A stretch of DNA of 64,000 nucleotides from an uncultured Planctomycetota bacterium. GTDB taxonomy: Bacteria > Planctomycetota > Planctomycetia > Isosphaerales > Isosphaeraceae. The position numbers were made by a program, and so were the translations under genes. The DNA is taken from contig CAWGMQ010000007.1 in assembly GCA_963823665.1 (NCBI GenBank), forward strand, positions 384,001 through 448,000. Reading direction: 5' to 3'. Below, in pieces: positions 54,307-64,000 of this stretch. Under the pieces are notes generated by a model. It was not told the DNA's origin. It saw only the letters and a program-made list of their open reading frames with translations, and did no database searches. The number at the start of each line of letters is the position of its first letter. The first letter of the stretch is position 1.

Positions 54307-54373
54307 AGGGGGATCGCCGGTGTGGCCGGCGCCGAACCGCTTTCGTCGTGAATTGCGGGAACGGATGTCGAGG

Positions 54374-55586
54374 TCACGGTTTGTCTGCGCGGGCCTTCCA
54401 GGCGGCGAGGACCTTGGCTTCGCGGTCCGGTGTGATACCGGCACGCAGCTTGGCGCGGCGGTCGGCGGGCTGGGTGGAGAACCAGTCGAGCGTGGCCTTG
54501 GCGGTCTCTTCGATCGGAAGGAAGGTCAGCCCTGCCTTCAGGGCGCGTGCGTTCGAGACTCTGGCGAAGCCTGCGGTATCGCCGGAGCTGGGCACCCAGA
54601 CGGGCATGTCGCTCCAGGCGTGAACGCCCTCTTTCTTGAGAAAGTCGGCATCGACCCATGTGAATTTGGCATTGCTTTGTGCGGCTCGCTTGCAGGCGGC
54701 GAGCAGCTTGCCGATCGTGAGGACCTTGTCGGGCCCGAGCGCGTTGAATACTCCGGTCGCCTTGTCCTCGATGAGCTTGACGAGGAACGAGCCCAGGTCG
54801 CGCACGTCGATCAACTGGACCGAGTCCTGGGGGGAGCCGGGCGCGAGCACCTCGCCGCCGCGCGCGACGCGGACTGGCCAGTAGGTGAATCGATCGGTGG
54901 GATCGTCGGGACCGACGATCAGGCCCGGGCGCACGACGGAGACTTTGCCGGGCATGGCTTCCTCGGCGGCCTTTTCGCTCAAGGCCTTGAGCGCGCCGTA
55001 GGTCTGGGCTGTGATCTTCTCGGTCGTGGTGTCGGGGATGGTGGACACCGGGGCCGATTCGTCCATGCCGGGCTTGCTCGTATCGTCATAAACGGAGATT
55101 GAAGAAATATAGACATAGTGGCTGATGTTCGGGCCCAGGACGGCCGCCGCCTTCTTGACCCAACGGGGGACGTTGGCGGAGGTGTCGACGACGGCGTCCC
55201 ACTTTCGGCCCTCGAGGGCCTTCAAGTCGTCGGTTTCGCGGTCGCCGTGCAGCTTCTCGAGATCAGGAAAGAGGCCAGGGCGCGTCTTGCCGCGGTTGAA
55301 GAGCGTGACCTTGTGGCCGCGTTTGAGGGCGGCTTCGACGGTCTGCGGGCCGAGGAAGCCGGTTCCGCCCAGCATCAAGATGGAAAGGGGTTTTTGCGCC
55401 CGTTCAACTGGGGGAAGACCTTCGGTCATGGGGACGGCGAGGTCGGAGACCCGCCGAACCGGGGACGCTGGGCGGGGTGAGTGACCCGCGCCCAACCGCG
55501 GCAGAGACCTCGTGTCCTCGCTCGATTGTGGCTGCTCCGAGGAGGGCACCGGCGGATAGACCGAGGAATTCGCGGCGATTTGTCAT
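54374..55586 (-). CDS. NAD-dependent epimerase/dehydratase (atypical SDR) with Tat signal; frameshift near 55480
   Basis: MTNRREFLGL; LGGTGFLG, FNRG, YGALK, RPGLIVGPDD. Confidence 0.9.
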
Positions 55587-55742
55587 TTTGGTGATCCTGT
55601 ATTCACGGTTGGACGTCGGATGCAGCTATAGTATAGTTACGCGCGCGGGTGCGTTCACGCCGCGTTTTTTGCAGCCGGGCAGAATCAAGGGCGATGTTTC
55701 GGCCCGGGATTTTCGAGCCGCGTTGATTTTCCGCTGGGGTCT

Positions 55743-55774
55743 GGAGCGGGCGGCACACGGAGTGTGCCTGCTAC
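55743..55774 (-). repeat. GTAG-type REP element, copy 2
   Basis: Identical to 54275-54306; hairpin GGCACAC-N3-GTGTGCC. Confidence 0.8.
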
Positions 55775-55930
55775 GAGCACGGACCTTTGAGCCGCGCGGA
55801 TTTTCCGCGGGAGTCTGGACGCAGCCGCCCGGATGGAAAAGAATGATGTCCTCTCCCGTTGTAACTCATTCCGATATGGCCGCGGCAGTAAGTTCGCACG
55901 GGTTGCCGGCGAATCCGAGGAGACTTGACC

Positions 55931-57718
55931 ATGAGACGGTGCATTTTGGTCGCATGCATGGCGCTTGCCGTGTTGACGAGCTTCGCCCTCGCGGGCGCAG
56001 GGGGCGACAAAGGGAGTGGCAAAAGCGCGGACATCGAGCGCATCTTGTCCGTGGGGCACGAGCCGAGCCAGGTGATGGACCATCTCGACGTGCTTTGCAA
56101 CCGGATCGGCCCCAGGCTGACTGGGTCCGACAATCTGACGAATGCGTGCGAATGGGCGCGCGATCGATTTGCGTCGTTCGGAATCGACAATGCGCGGCTC
56201 GAGGAATGGGGCAAGTTTCCCGTCGGCTTCGATCGAGGGCCGTGGTTTGGCCACGTGATCGAGCCGGAGGCGAAAAGTCTCGATCTCGTGACGGCGGCCT
56301 GGTCGGCCGGCACCAAGGGAGTGGTTCGCGGCAAGGCCGTGCTTGCGCCGACGAACAAGAAAGAGCTGGACGAGGCGAAGGAGAAGGGGACGCTTGCGGG
56401 CGCGTGGGTGATCATGGCGGCGCGACCGGGTGGCGGGGGCGGGGGAGCGCCCGGGAAGGCTGCGGGTGCTGGAGGCGCGGCGCCGGCTCCCGCGTCCAGC
56501 CCCAGCCCCAGCTCGGATCCGGATTTCCGCCGCACGCTGCGCAAGGAGCTCGAGGATGCGAAGGTGGCCGGGATTATCACCAGCGTGGGCTCGAACGAGT
56601 TGCTGCTCACCTCCGGAAACTATCACATCTCGTGGGACAAGTTGCCGACCGTGCCTTCGATCGGCCTGTTGAGCAAGCAAGCATACGAGATCAGCAGTTG
56701 GATCAAAGAGGGCAAGCCGGTCACGCTCGAGTTTGACATTCGCAACTATTTCAAGAAGGGCCCGATCAAGTTGTATAACGTGATCGCCGACATCGTGGGG
56801 AGCGAGAAGCCCGAGGAGTATGTGATTGTCGGCGGCCACATCGATTCGTGGGACGGCGCCACCGGGGCGACCGACAACGGGACGGGCTGCGCGACCACGC
56901 TGGAGGCGGCCAGGCTGCTGATGAAGGCTGGTGTGAAGCCGAAGCGGACGATCCGGTTCATGCTGTGGAGCGGGGAAGAGCAGGGGCTGCTGGGCTCGGC
57001 CGCCTACTGCAAGGCGCACACGGATCTCATGACGAAGATCTCGGCCGTGCTGGTGCACGATGGCGGCACCAACTTCCTCTCGGGCATCGGCGCGACCGAC
57101 GCGATCTACAACGACTTCGAGCAGGTTTTCACTCCGGTCAAGGAGCTTGACCCGAAGAATTATCCGTTCGCGGTGAGCAAGGTACCGGGACTACGGGGTG
57201 GCGGCAGCGACCACGCGTCATTCCTGGCGGCCAACGTGCCGGGCTTTTTCTGGGGTCAGCGAGGCGGCACGGCCAAGTATCAGCATACGCACCACACGCA
57301 GTTTGATACATATGATGCGGCGATTCCGGACTATCAGAGGCACTCGGCGCTGGTGGTGGCGATGGGTGCGTATGGGATCGCCAATTTGGACCATCTGCTG
57401 TCTCGCGAGAAGATGAAAGCGCCCGGTGGCGGCGGCGGATTCGCCCGCCGAGGCCCCGGGGCGCGGCTCGAGGATATGGTCGTGACCGAAATCACCGACG
57501 GCAGCCCGGCACAGAAGGCCGGCATGAAGGAAGGTGACGAGATTCTCAAGGTCGACGGGACGAAGGTCGGCGAGACCATGGATTTCATCAACGCGTTTCG
57601 TGCCGGAGAGCCGAAGAAAACCGTCACCGTGCGGCGCGGCGGCAAGGAGATCGACCTGACGCTGACCAGGGAGGCACCGCCCGAGGGAGAGCCGAAGAAG
57701 GAAGCACCGCGGCCTTGA
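55931..57718 (+). CDS. M28 family metallopeptidase (carboxypeptidase Q-like) with C-terminal PDZ domain
   Basis: IGPRLTGS, GGHIDSWD, GATDNGTG, GEEQGLLGS, GSDH, HHT; SPAQKAGMKEGDEILKVDG. Confidence 0.9.
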   Translation: MRRCILVACMALAVLTSFALAGAGGDKGSGKSADIERILSVGHEPSQVMDHLDVLCNRIGPRLTGSDNLTNACEWARDRFASFGIDNARLEEWGKFPVGFDRGPWFGHVIEPEAKSLDLVTAAWSAGTKGVVRGKAVLAPTNKKELDEAKEKGTLAGAWVIMAARPGGGGGGAPGKAAGAGGAAPAPASSPSPSSDPDFRRTLRKELEDAKVAGIITSVGSNELLLTSGNYHISWDKLPTVPSIGLLSKQAYEISSWIKEGKPVTLEFDIRNYFKKGPIKLYNVIADIVGSEKPEEYVIVGGHIDSWDGATGATDNGTGCATTLEAARLLMKAGVKPKRTIRFMLWSGEEQGLLGSAAYCKAHTDLMTKISAVLVHDGGTNFLSGIGATDAIYNDFEQVFTPVKELDPKNYPFAVSKVPGLRGGGSDHASFLAANVPGFFWGQRGGTAKYQHTHHTQFDTYDAAIPDYQRHSALVVAMGAYGIANLDHLLSREKMKAPGGGGGFARRGPGARLEDMVVTEITDGSPAQKAGMKEGDEILKVDGTKVGETMDFINAFRAGEPKKTVTVRRGGKEIDLTLTREAPPEGEPKKEAPRP

Positions 57719-58965
57719 GGCCGACTGGGATCCTTCGAGGTCAAACCGAGTCCGGCCGATCCCGCGCGGTTGTGCGCGGGGTTGCGTCGGCCGGTGCGCA
57801 AGGATGCTGGCACGTCGGCGAGCGCTTCGTCGGGCACGACGAACGAGTTTTCCAGCAGCTTCTCGTCTTCATTGATCAGGTCGGGGTAGCGCCGGCCCGG
57901 GAGCACGGCGACGGCGAAGACTTCCTGCACGCCCGACTCGAACCGAAGGAGAGCGACCACGCGGCCCGTGGCCAGCTCGACGGCACAGACGCCGCACGTG
58001 CGCTCGGACTCGGCGAGGCGCTCGGTGATCGGGATGCCGCTGAACACGGCGCTTTCACGAACCTGGGAGAGCCCAACGAACGCCAGGCCGCCGGCGAAGT
58101 CGAGGCCGCGGGTAAAGCCGGGCATTTCGGCGATCGGCGTGTAGCGGGAGGTTGCCGGGTCGATGAAGCCGAGCGTGCCGCCGCCGGACTCGCAGACCCA
58201 GAGGCGGCCGCCGTGCCAGCGAGGGGAGTGGGGCATGGAGAGCCCGCGGACGATTACCTCGCCGCTGGCCACGTCCATCAAGAGGCCGCCGTGGGCCTTT
58301 TTTTCACGCCATCCGGCGGGCGTGTCGGTCTCGCCCAGCGCCGTGACGTAGCGTGGGCGGCCATTGACCATGCCCAGGCCGTTCAGGTGGCAGCGGTCGG
58401 TCGGCTCGAGGGCGGTCACAAACGGCGGGCGCCACCGCGGCGTGAAGCTGGCGGAGCGGTCGAGCGTGCATAGACAAGAGAACCGGGTGTTGACGACCCA
58501 GAGCTCACCGCCTGAGCCCCAGGCCAGCTCGTGGCCCTGGATATTGCCCGTGACGTGGCAGGAGCGAGGCAGGAAGCAGCCGTCATGCCGGCCGGGGGGG
58601 TCGAGTTTTGTGGTGACGGCGGGGACGTCGACGAATTCCCACACCTGGATCGAGGTGCCCAGGGCCAGCCGGCCGGCATCGAAGGCCAGGCCCATGGGCG
58701 CCCGGAAGCTGCGGAAGTGGGTATTGAGGTGGTCTCCCTCATCGCGCACCATCACGAGTTTGCCGGCCTGGTAGGTGGTGACCAGGAGCGAGGCGTCGAG
58801 CTGCCGCAAGAGGGCAGGGAAGTTCATCGAGTGAACGGCACGCAGCGGCTCGGGCTCGGGAGTCTCGGGCTTGGGAGTCTCGGGCTTGGGAGTCTCGGGC
58901 TTGGTGTCGGCGCCTGGAGTGTTGTCGTCAGGAGCCGGGGCGGGCGTTTCGGTGGAGGATGGCAT
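57334..58965 (-). CDS. TIGR03032 family (DUF4915) protein; true stop probably near 57750, as the ORF overlaps the M28 gene
   Basis: SLLVTTYQAGKL, HVTGNIQGHE, VNTRFSCL, DRCHLNGL, GLSMPHSPRW, PGFTRGL. Confidence 0.85.
   Translation of the reverse strand: MPSSTETPAPAPDDNTPGADTKPETPKPETPKPETPEPEPLRAVHSMNFPALLRQLDASLLVTTYQAGKLVMVRDEGDHLNTHFRSFRAPMGLAFDAGRLALGTSIQVWEFVDVPAVTTKLDPPGRHDGCFLPRSCHVTGNIQGHELAWGSGGELWVVNTRFSCLCTLDRSASFTPRWRPPFVTALEPTDRCHLNGLGMVNGRPRYVTALGETDTPAGWREKKAHGGLLMDVASGEVIVRGLSMPHSPRWHGGRLWVCESGGGTLGFIDPATSRYTPIAEMPGFTRGLDFAGGLAFVGLSQVRESAVFSGIPITERLAESERTCGVCAVELATGRVVALLRFESGVQEVFAVAVLPGRRYPDLINEDEKLLENSFVVPDEALADVPASLRTGRRNPAHNRAGSAGLGLTSKDPSRPQGRGASFFGSPSGGASLVSVRSISLPPRRTVTVFFGSPARNALMKSMVSPTFVPSTLRISSPSFMPAFCAGLPSVISVTTISSSRAPGPRRANPPPPPGAFIFSRDSRWSKLAIPYAPIATTSAECL
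58858..58902 (-). repeat. 15-bp tandem repeat x3 encoding KPETP
   Basis: GGGAGTCTCGGGCTT x3 on + strand. Confidence 0.9.
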
Positions 58966-59491
58966 GGAGACGTCTCGCTGGGCAGCATCGCCTCCCGGCG
59001 CGGGGGAAAGCCGGGCCACACTGACTGCCGTGCAACCCGACGCCTTAGCCGGTGGACGCCCTGGTAGAAAAGGAGAAATGCGATTTCGTGATCGGCAGGA
59101 ATGAGAACCTTGGATCGCGGATCGCAGGTCGATTGAATGTTAATGCGGCCGATTGTAACTGAGGTGGATAGGTGCTGGCCAACAAAAACTCACTCGTGAT
59201 CAGTAGCGGGTGCATCGACGCCGCCGATCAAGTGCGCTATTGTCGAGGGAGACTGGCACAGCCGCCGCGGCCGCTGTGGTCGTGAGCGATGTGCTTCCTT
59301 CAATCTATCGATTTTGGCATGATCTTGGTTGTGCGGAGCCAAACGAAACGGGCTGAGTCACGGCTGAACAACCGCAGCGATGAATCGGGTGGCCGCTGCG
59401 GCCAGATGGACTAGGGGAAGAGCGTGGGCACGATTATGGTTCCACCGTGACTCTAGCCAGCCCGTCGATGTCATACGGGGTAGGAGTACTC

Positions 59492-60427
59492 ATGTCAGTT
59501 GGCGCTATCCCGAAGCCGACGATTGAGGCCTGGCAAGCGCAGGAGTTGCGAGCTAGCTTCTTTACGACGCTCGATGCGGTGCCACTGCGGCGGAGCGGGT
59601 GGTGGCAATTGGCCACGGGAGGCGCACCTGAGCGAATCGAGGACAGGCCGCAGGTGCCTCTGCATGTCGAAGAGGGACCGTTCGGAGGCGGTGTCTTGAC
59701 TCTTAATGTTCAGGCCGATCGCGTCGATTGGATACTTGCACCGCAAGTCGATTCGATTGACGGGTTTGAGGACGGTCCGACGGTCGATCGGTTTGCTGCT
59801 GCGCGCGATGAATTCCTCGGTTTGATCTCAGGTTGGGTGCCATCGGCGCCCGACTGCCGTCGCTTGGCGTTCGGCGCCCGGGTACTCCTTCGCGTTCCCA
59901 GTCGGGAAGCCGGATACCACTTGCTGGCCGCTTATTTGCCGTTTGCTCCGGATCCCGAGAGTTCAACTGATCTGCGGTACCAAATCAACCGGCAGCGCAA
60001 ATCGCGTGTCGACGCCGGACTGTTGATCAACCGTCTCCAGAGCTGGTCGGTCCTGTCCTCTCGAAAGAGCGCCGTGTCCGTTGCGGGACGCCTTCGGGTC
60101 CCAGAGGTCGTTCTTCACGAGAAGTGGTCGATCATGCTGGAGGCCGACGTGAACACGGATGCCGAGGCATGGGACAGGATCGTGCGCGAGCGAACGGGTG
60201 TGCTCATTCAGGAACTCGCCGACCTCGCGACACAACTCGTGCTCGAGGGGGACCGACCGGGCCAAGGCGACCCGCCAGCCGCAAGATCGAACGCCGGTAC
60301 AGTTGACGAGACGGTCGAGGCTACGCCTGCTGAAACGCTAATGCCGCCAATTGATATGCTGTTAAAGCTGGCGAGACAGTCGCCTCCCCCGCAATCCTGG
60401 TTCGAGGAGGATTTCAGCGATCTGTGA
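59492..60427 (+). CDS. Hypothetical protein (TIGR04255-like body) with short acidic C-terminal extension
   Basis: AGGAG SD; LTLNVQADRVDW, RRLAFG, LRYQINR, LEADVNT; tail LLKLARQSPPPQSWFEEDFSDL; family call tentative. Confidence 0.6.
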   Translation: MSVGAIPKPTIEAWQAQELRASFFTTLDAVPLRRSGWWQLATGGAPERIEDRPQVPLHVEEGPFGGGVLTLNVQADRVDWILAPQVDSIDGFEDGPTVDRFAAARDEFLGLISGWVPSAPDCRRLAFGARVLLRVPSREAGYHLLAAYLPFAPDPESSTDLRYQINRQRKSRVDAGLLINRLQSWSVLSSRKSAVSVAGRLRVPEVVLHEKWSIMLEADVNTDAEAWDRIVRERTGVLIQELADLATQLVLEGDRPGQGDPPAARSNAGTVDETVEATPAETLMPPIDMLLKLARQSPPPQSWFEEDFSDL

Positions 60428-60445
60428 TGGCAGGAGAGGCGACGG

Positions 60446-60835
60446 GTGCTCTCGGTTCGGTTTGGCGATATTGTTCTCGTTTCGCTGGTTGACATGAATG
60501 GTGTCAACACGAAACCCAGGCCTGCGGTCGTCGTCAGCCCTAATGAGGTGGTCTCGAGCGGCGGTCCTATCGTCGTCGTGGCGCTCACGTCGACGCTCCC
60601 TCGAGTGATGACCGAGGACCACGTCCCTCTTCAGTGGCAACATAACAAGCATCCGATAACCGGGCTCAATAAACCGAATGCGGCCGTCTGCAATTGGCTT
60701 TCGGTTGTGCAACCGGATCAGATAATCAGACAAATTGGTCGAGCGGTCGGCGATCGCCTTCAGGCGATAGCCGCTCGCTGTCGAGAGAACGCCCAAGCGC
60801 TCATCGACTCTGACACCGCTGAAGAGGAAGGCTGA
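60446..60835 (+). CDS. PemK/MazF family toxin
   Basis: RFGDIVLV..NTKPRPAVVVS..IVVVALTS..GLNKPNAAVC..IIRQIG. Confidence 0.85.
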   Translation: MLSVRFGDIVLVSLVDMNGVNTKPRPAVVVSPNEVVSSGGPIVVVALTSTLPRVMTEDHVPLQWQHNKHPITGLNKPNAAVCNWLSVVQPDQIIRQIGRAVGDRLQAIAARCRENAQALIDSDTAEEEG

Positions 60836-60933
60836 TCGCGGTCAGACCCAAGCGATCACGAGGCTGCGAATTCTGCCGTGGCGTTCCGCGGCGCGAGCGC
60901 CTGGAATAGAATCAGTGAGCCTGGGAGGTGTGT

Positions 60934-61344
60934 GTGATCCTTCGTATTCGTGACGCGCGGGTCTGTGGGCCGCATTCGTTGCGGTTGACATTCAGCGATG
61001 GGACTACCAAGCAGGTCGAAGTCAGTCCGCTGCTTGACGGCCCGATCTTCGAGCCGCTTCGGGACCCCGTGTATTTTGCGCGTGCGACCCTGGACGCGAC
61101 CTGCGTGACGGTGGTCTGGCCCAATGGCGCGGACTTCGCTCCGGAGGCCCTCCATGAGCTCCAGGCCGAGGCCATGTCCGAATTCTGTCTAATTCTTGTT
61201 CGGCCGGGGAGGGTCGCGGATGGCGGAGCGGGACTATTACGGGATCCGTGCTGCCTCCGCGGTGGATGCCTTGTCGATCGCCGCGGCCAACAGGCTAATC
61301 CGCGAGATGAAGCTGCTCCTTGCCGATTCAGGGAAGGCATGTGA
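60934..61344 (+). CDS. DUF2442 domain protein (putative antitoxin)
   Basis: LRLTFSDG..GPIFEPLRDP..F..TVVWPNGADFAPEAL; GGAGG SD. Confidence 0.85.
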   Translation: MILRIRDARVCGPHSLRLTFSDGTTKQVEVSPLLDGPIFEPLRDPVYFARATLDATCVTVVWPNGADFAPEALHELQAEAMSEFCLILVRPGRVADGGAGLLRDPCCLRGGCLVDRRGQQANPRDEAAPCRFREGM

Positions 61345-61368
61345 GATCAGTGTAACCGGCGCTTGGCT

Positions 61369-62343
61369 ATGATCAATGACATCAAGACTGCTATCGATAT
61401 CAGCTTCAGAGGTCTTCTTCGGCGCGCTCTGCTGGCGGTTTCGTCGATTTTGATTGTGGGCATACCGGGGAGTGTGACGGTCGTGCGCGACGAGCGCACA
61501 CGGCCCAGGAGCGACCGGGTGGCAAGGACTGGATCGGGAAGCTGGTCGTGCCGAAGTATGCCGGGTTCAAACTTCGGGTCGAGGGCAGGCTCGTTGATCC
61601 TGATTGGAGCGAGACGTATCGTGTCTAGCGGGTGGATGGACCGCGGGTCTGGTTGAAAGTCGACGGACGAGGGATATCCGGTTGGGCCGGGGCCGACCAG
61701 GTCGTCCTGGTCGAAGAGGCGAGCGCGTTCTTCGAGCGCATGATCCGGGAAAAGCCCAGGGATATTCGCGGCTACTACATGCGCGGGAGGATCGCCAAGG
61801 AGGAGAAAAAGGACTTCGGGTCTGCTCTGCGCGACTTATTACACCGATGCTCTTTGCAACCGCGGGAGTGCGTGGTGCCGCGAGAAAGAATATGACAAGG
61901 CGATCGCCGATTTCTCGGAGGGGATCCGGATCAATCCGAACCTCGCGGTGCTCTTTCACAACCGCGGTTTCGCATGGCAACGGAAGAAGGAATACGAAAA
62001 GGCGCTGGTTGACTTCGAGCGGGCCATTCGAATCGATCCAACCGACGTCGGCGCACTGAACGATGGCGCCTGGCTCATGGCGACATGCCCGGATGCGAAA
62101 TTGCGCGATGGCGGGAAGGCCGTTGTGTCGGCGACGGCGGCGTGCCAGCTTTCGAAGTGGAATGATTCGGAGCACATCGCGACTCTTGCCGCAGCATGTG
62201 CCGAGGCGACTGATTTCGCTGCTGCCGTCAAATGGCAACTCAGAGCCATCGAGCTTTTGGCGGACGAGACCGAAAAGGACGAGCATCAGTTGCGGCTGGA
62301 GCTTTACCGGGCGAAGAAGCCTTTCCACGAGAGCGAGAACTGA
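61369..62343 (+). pseudogene. TPR protein, disrupted by frameshifts and an in-frame TAG near 61626
   Basis: EYDKAIADFSEGIRINP, NRGFAWQRKKEYEKAL, AWLMATCPDAKLRDG, TLAAACAEATDF. Confidence 0.75.
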
Positions 62344-62613
62344 CAGGCGAGGGATAACAGAAGATAACGGAGGCAACGAAGAAGAATCAGAGGTCTGATT
62401 CTGCGATCGGGTCTTCCCGGCCGATCCGTTTCCGCGCTGATCGACAGAAACCGCAGTCCGCAATCGCCCCCGCGACGCGTGAGCAGCACGCGCGTCGGCC
62501 CGGGTGTCGGCGCGGTCGCGGTGCGTACGCTCTTGGCGCGGTGGTGGTCGACTGGAGTCCAGCAATAGATACGCGATTGGTCGGTTCGATCAATGGCGGA
62601 CTCGAGACCTTCG

Positions 62614-62721
62614 TGGTTGATGCCGGTTGAACCGACACCACAGGAATATCGACTTCAGCGCCTGGCTGAGCCGAGTGTCCGATGTCTTTTGCTTCACCAC
62701 CCAGTGCCCGCGCGTAAGCCA
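62614..62721 (-). pseudogene. Remnant of group II intron reverse transcriptase/maturase (RT7-to-thumb junction)
   Basis: Manual translation WLTRGHWVVKQKTSDTRLSQALKSIFLWCRFNRHQP resembles the LtrA-family G.WVVK.KT...RL.RAL..I..WCR.NRH.P motif. Confidence 0.65.
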
Positions 62722-62750
62722 GTTCAGTCAATGTGGTTGGCCAGGCGGTC

Positions 62751-63119
62751 TCACGGTCGTTCGCCAATGAACCGGCCGAGCGTGTCTCGGCATCCCGTGG
62801 AGATTCGTCGGAAGCCGGCGCTGAGTCCGTCCGCTTCGCAGAGGCGTGACCAATACTTTAGCGCGTGGTTCGCCACTTCGGGCCACAGGTGCAGGTTCAA
62901 GGCGGTAGGCGGTCGTGGGGTGAATTGTCTCTCGATCAGGTTCGCGTCCGCAGGCGCAAACACCATCGGCAGCATGTCGTACACTGGCGTTTGACTCAGT
63001 GCCAACTGCCTCGCCTCATCGGCGAAGAAGCAAAAGTTGCCGAAGTGCCTGTCCGTGTTCCCGATGAGATCGCCAAAGGTGTCCAGCCAGATCATCCGGT
63101 CGGCATGTCCTGAGTCCAT
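62751..63119 (-). pseudogene. C-terminal fragment of a HipA-family (YjjJ-like) kinase toxin
   Basis: FGDLIGNTDRHFGNF and PVYDMLPM motifs; N-terminal part missing. Confidence 0.8.
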
Positions 63120-63477
63120 GCTCAGGAACGGCTCCCGGAGAAATGGTTCCTGGAATGACTCGGTTCTGACCTCACGATGCCAAGATCAATCCGGGAGCCG
63201 CGAGAGGTTCACGGACTGAACGAACGAACTGGATGTGGGAATGGCGGGGGGTGTTTTTCCCGGTTCTTGGCCGCGGTGCGGCAGATTTTGGGGTTTTAAT
63301 CGAGTTCGTCGTTGCATCCCTCGCGACGTGAAAAAAATCTCAGATCAACTGGTCGACGAAATTGGCACATCAGGGAGAGCCGTCGCATATTATCTTTAGC
63401 TCGATCTCGATCGCCGACACTGGAGTCGGCGCACGGGATCACCCACCTCTGATCTTGAACCGAGAATTGACACTGAT

Positions 63478-64000
63478 ATGGCCTCTGATGCACAAATCAA
63501 TGCGAACCGGCGCAATGCGTTGCGCTCCACCGGGCCGACTTCGCCGCGCGGCGCGCGATCAGCTCGAGGAATAGTCGACGCCATGGTATGCGGTCGGAAC
63601 GTGAGAAGCTCGCGCGGGAGGAAAGCATCGCGTACGAAGCGCGATACTTTCGCTGGGCCGCGAATTATGGGGTGGAGTCCGACCCCGAGGAGTTTCTGCT
63701 CAATGCCAACGTGTTCCTGGCGTCGGACATGGATCGGGTCAGGGGTGCGTATCTGGAACTCACTCAAAGCCAGGTCGACGATGCCGACAACGCGGAGATC
63801 AAAGAGGCGAGTGACACGGGCAACCGGCTGTTCTCCGATCCGCGAGGAGTGCCGGTTTCGATGTATGGCAACCGTCGCTTTAACGGCATGAAACCGGGGG
63901 GACCGTCGTGGGGCAGCGCAAAGCGCCGGCGCTTGACCCCGGGGAACTCATGGGGCAACTGGAATCGAGCGCGATGGGGTGCTACTGGATACTGGAAGTT
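63478..64000 (+). CDS. Multicopy planctomycete hypothetical protein family member, frameshifted, runs off window
   Basis: MASDAQINANRRNALRSTGPTS..G...S N-terminal motif; tail LESSAMGCYWIL. Confidence 0.6.

Noticed and set aside
59254..59335. Sigma-54 promoter (TGGCAC / TGGCAT) upstream of the TA locus
   Set aside because: The -12 element is missing or mis-spaced (CCGC, or TTGG one base off)

Overview
High-GC bacterial DNA, almost certainly from a planctomycete (Isosphaeraceae-like). This is inferred from PSD1/DUF1553-DUF1501 genes, 'LE.R.LL' N-terminal motifs and an ECF sigma/Ser-Thr kinase pair. Many otherwise intact genes carry single frameshifts, which looks like long-read indel error. 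Contents in order: (1) a ThuA / DUF1501 / DUF1549-DUF1553 cytochrome operon on the minus strand; (2) an orphan lipoprotein + trypsin-like protease block; (3) a surface protein with 300-bp PKD-like repeats; (4) an ECF sigma + zinc-finger/kinase/WD40 pair divergent from three paralogous beta-helix exported proteins, with one promoter-like motif shared by the kinase and the cluster; (5) a mosaic region with a 142-bp MITE and partial gene duplications; (6) a lactonase/NHL/dehydrogenase/MFS operon; (7) the most striking locus, SEVEN tandem ~460-aa secreted paralogues of unknown function at ~1.47-kb period running into DUF1800-DUF1501; (8) CBS, rsmD, epimerase, M28 peptidase and TIGR03032 genes; (9) a toxin-antitoxin-rich, decayed region (MazF with an unusual upstream partner, orphan DUF2442, HipA and group II intron RT remnants). 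No rRNA, tRNA or CRISPR array was seen. All family assignments are from motif recognition by eye, not database searches.
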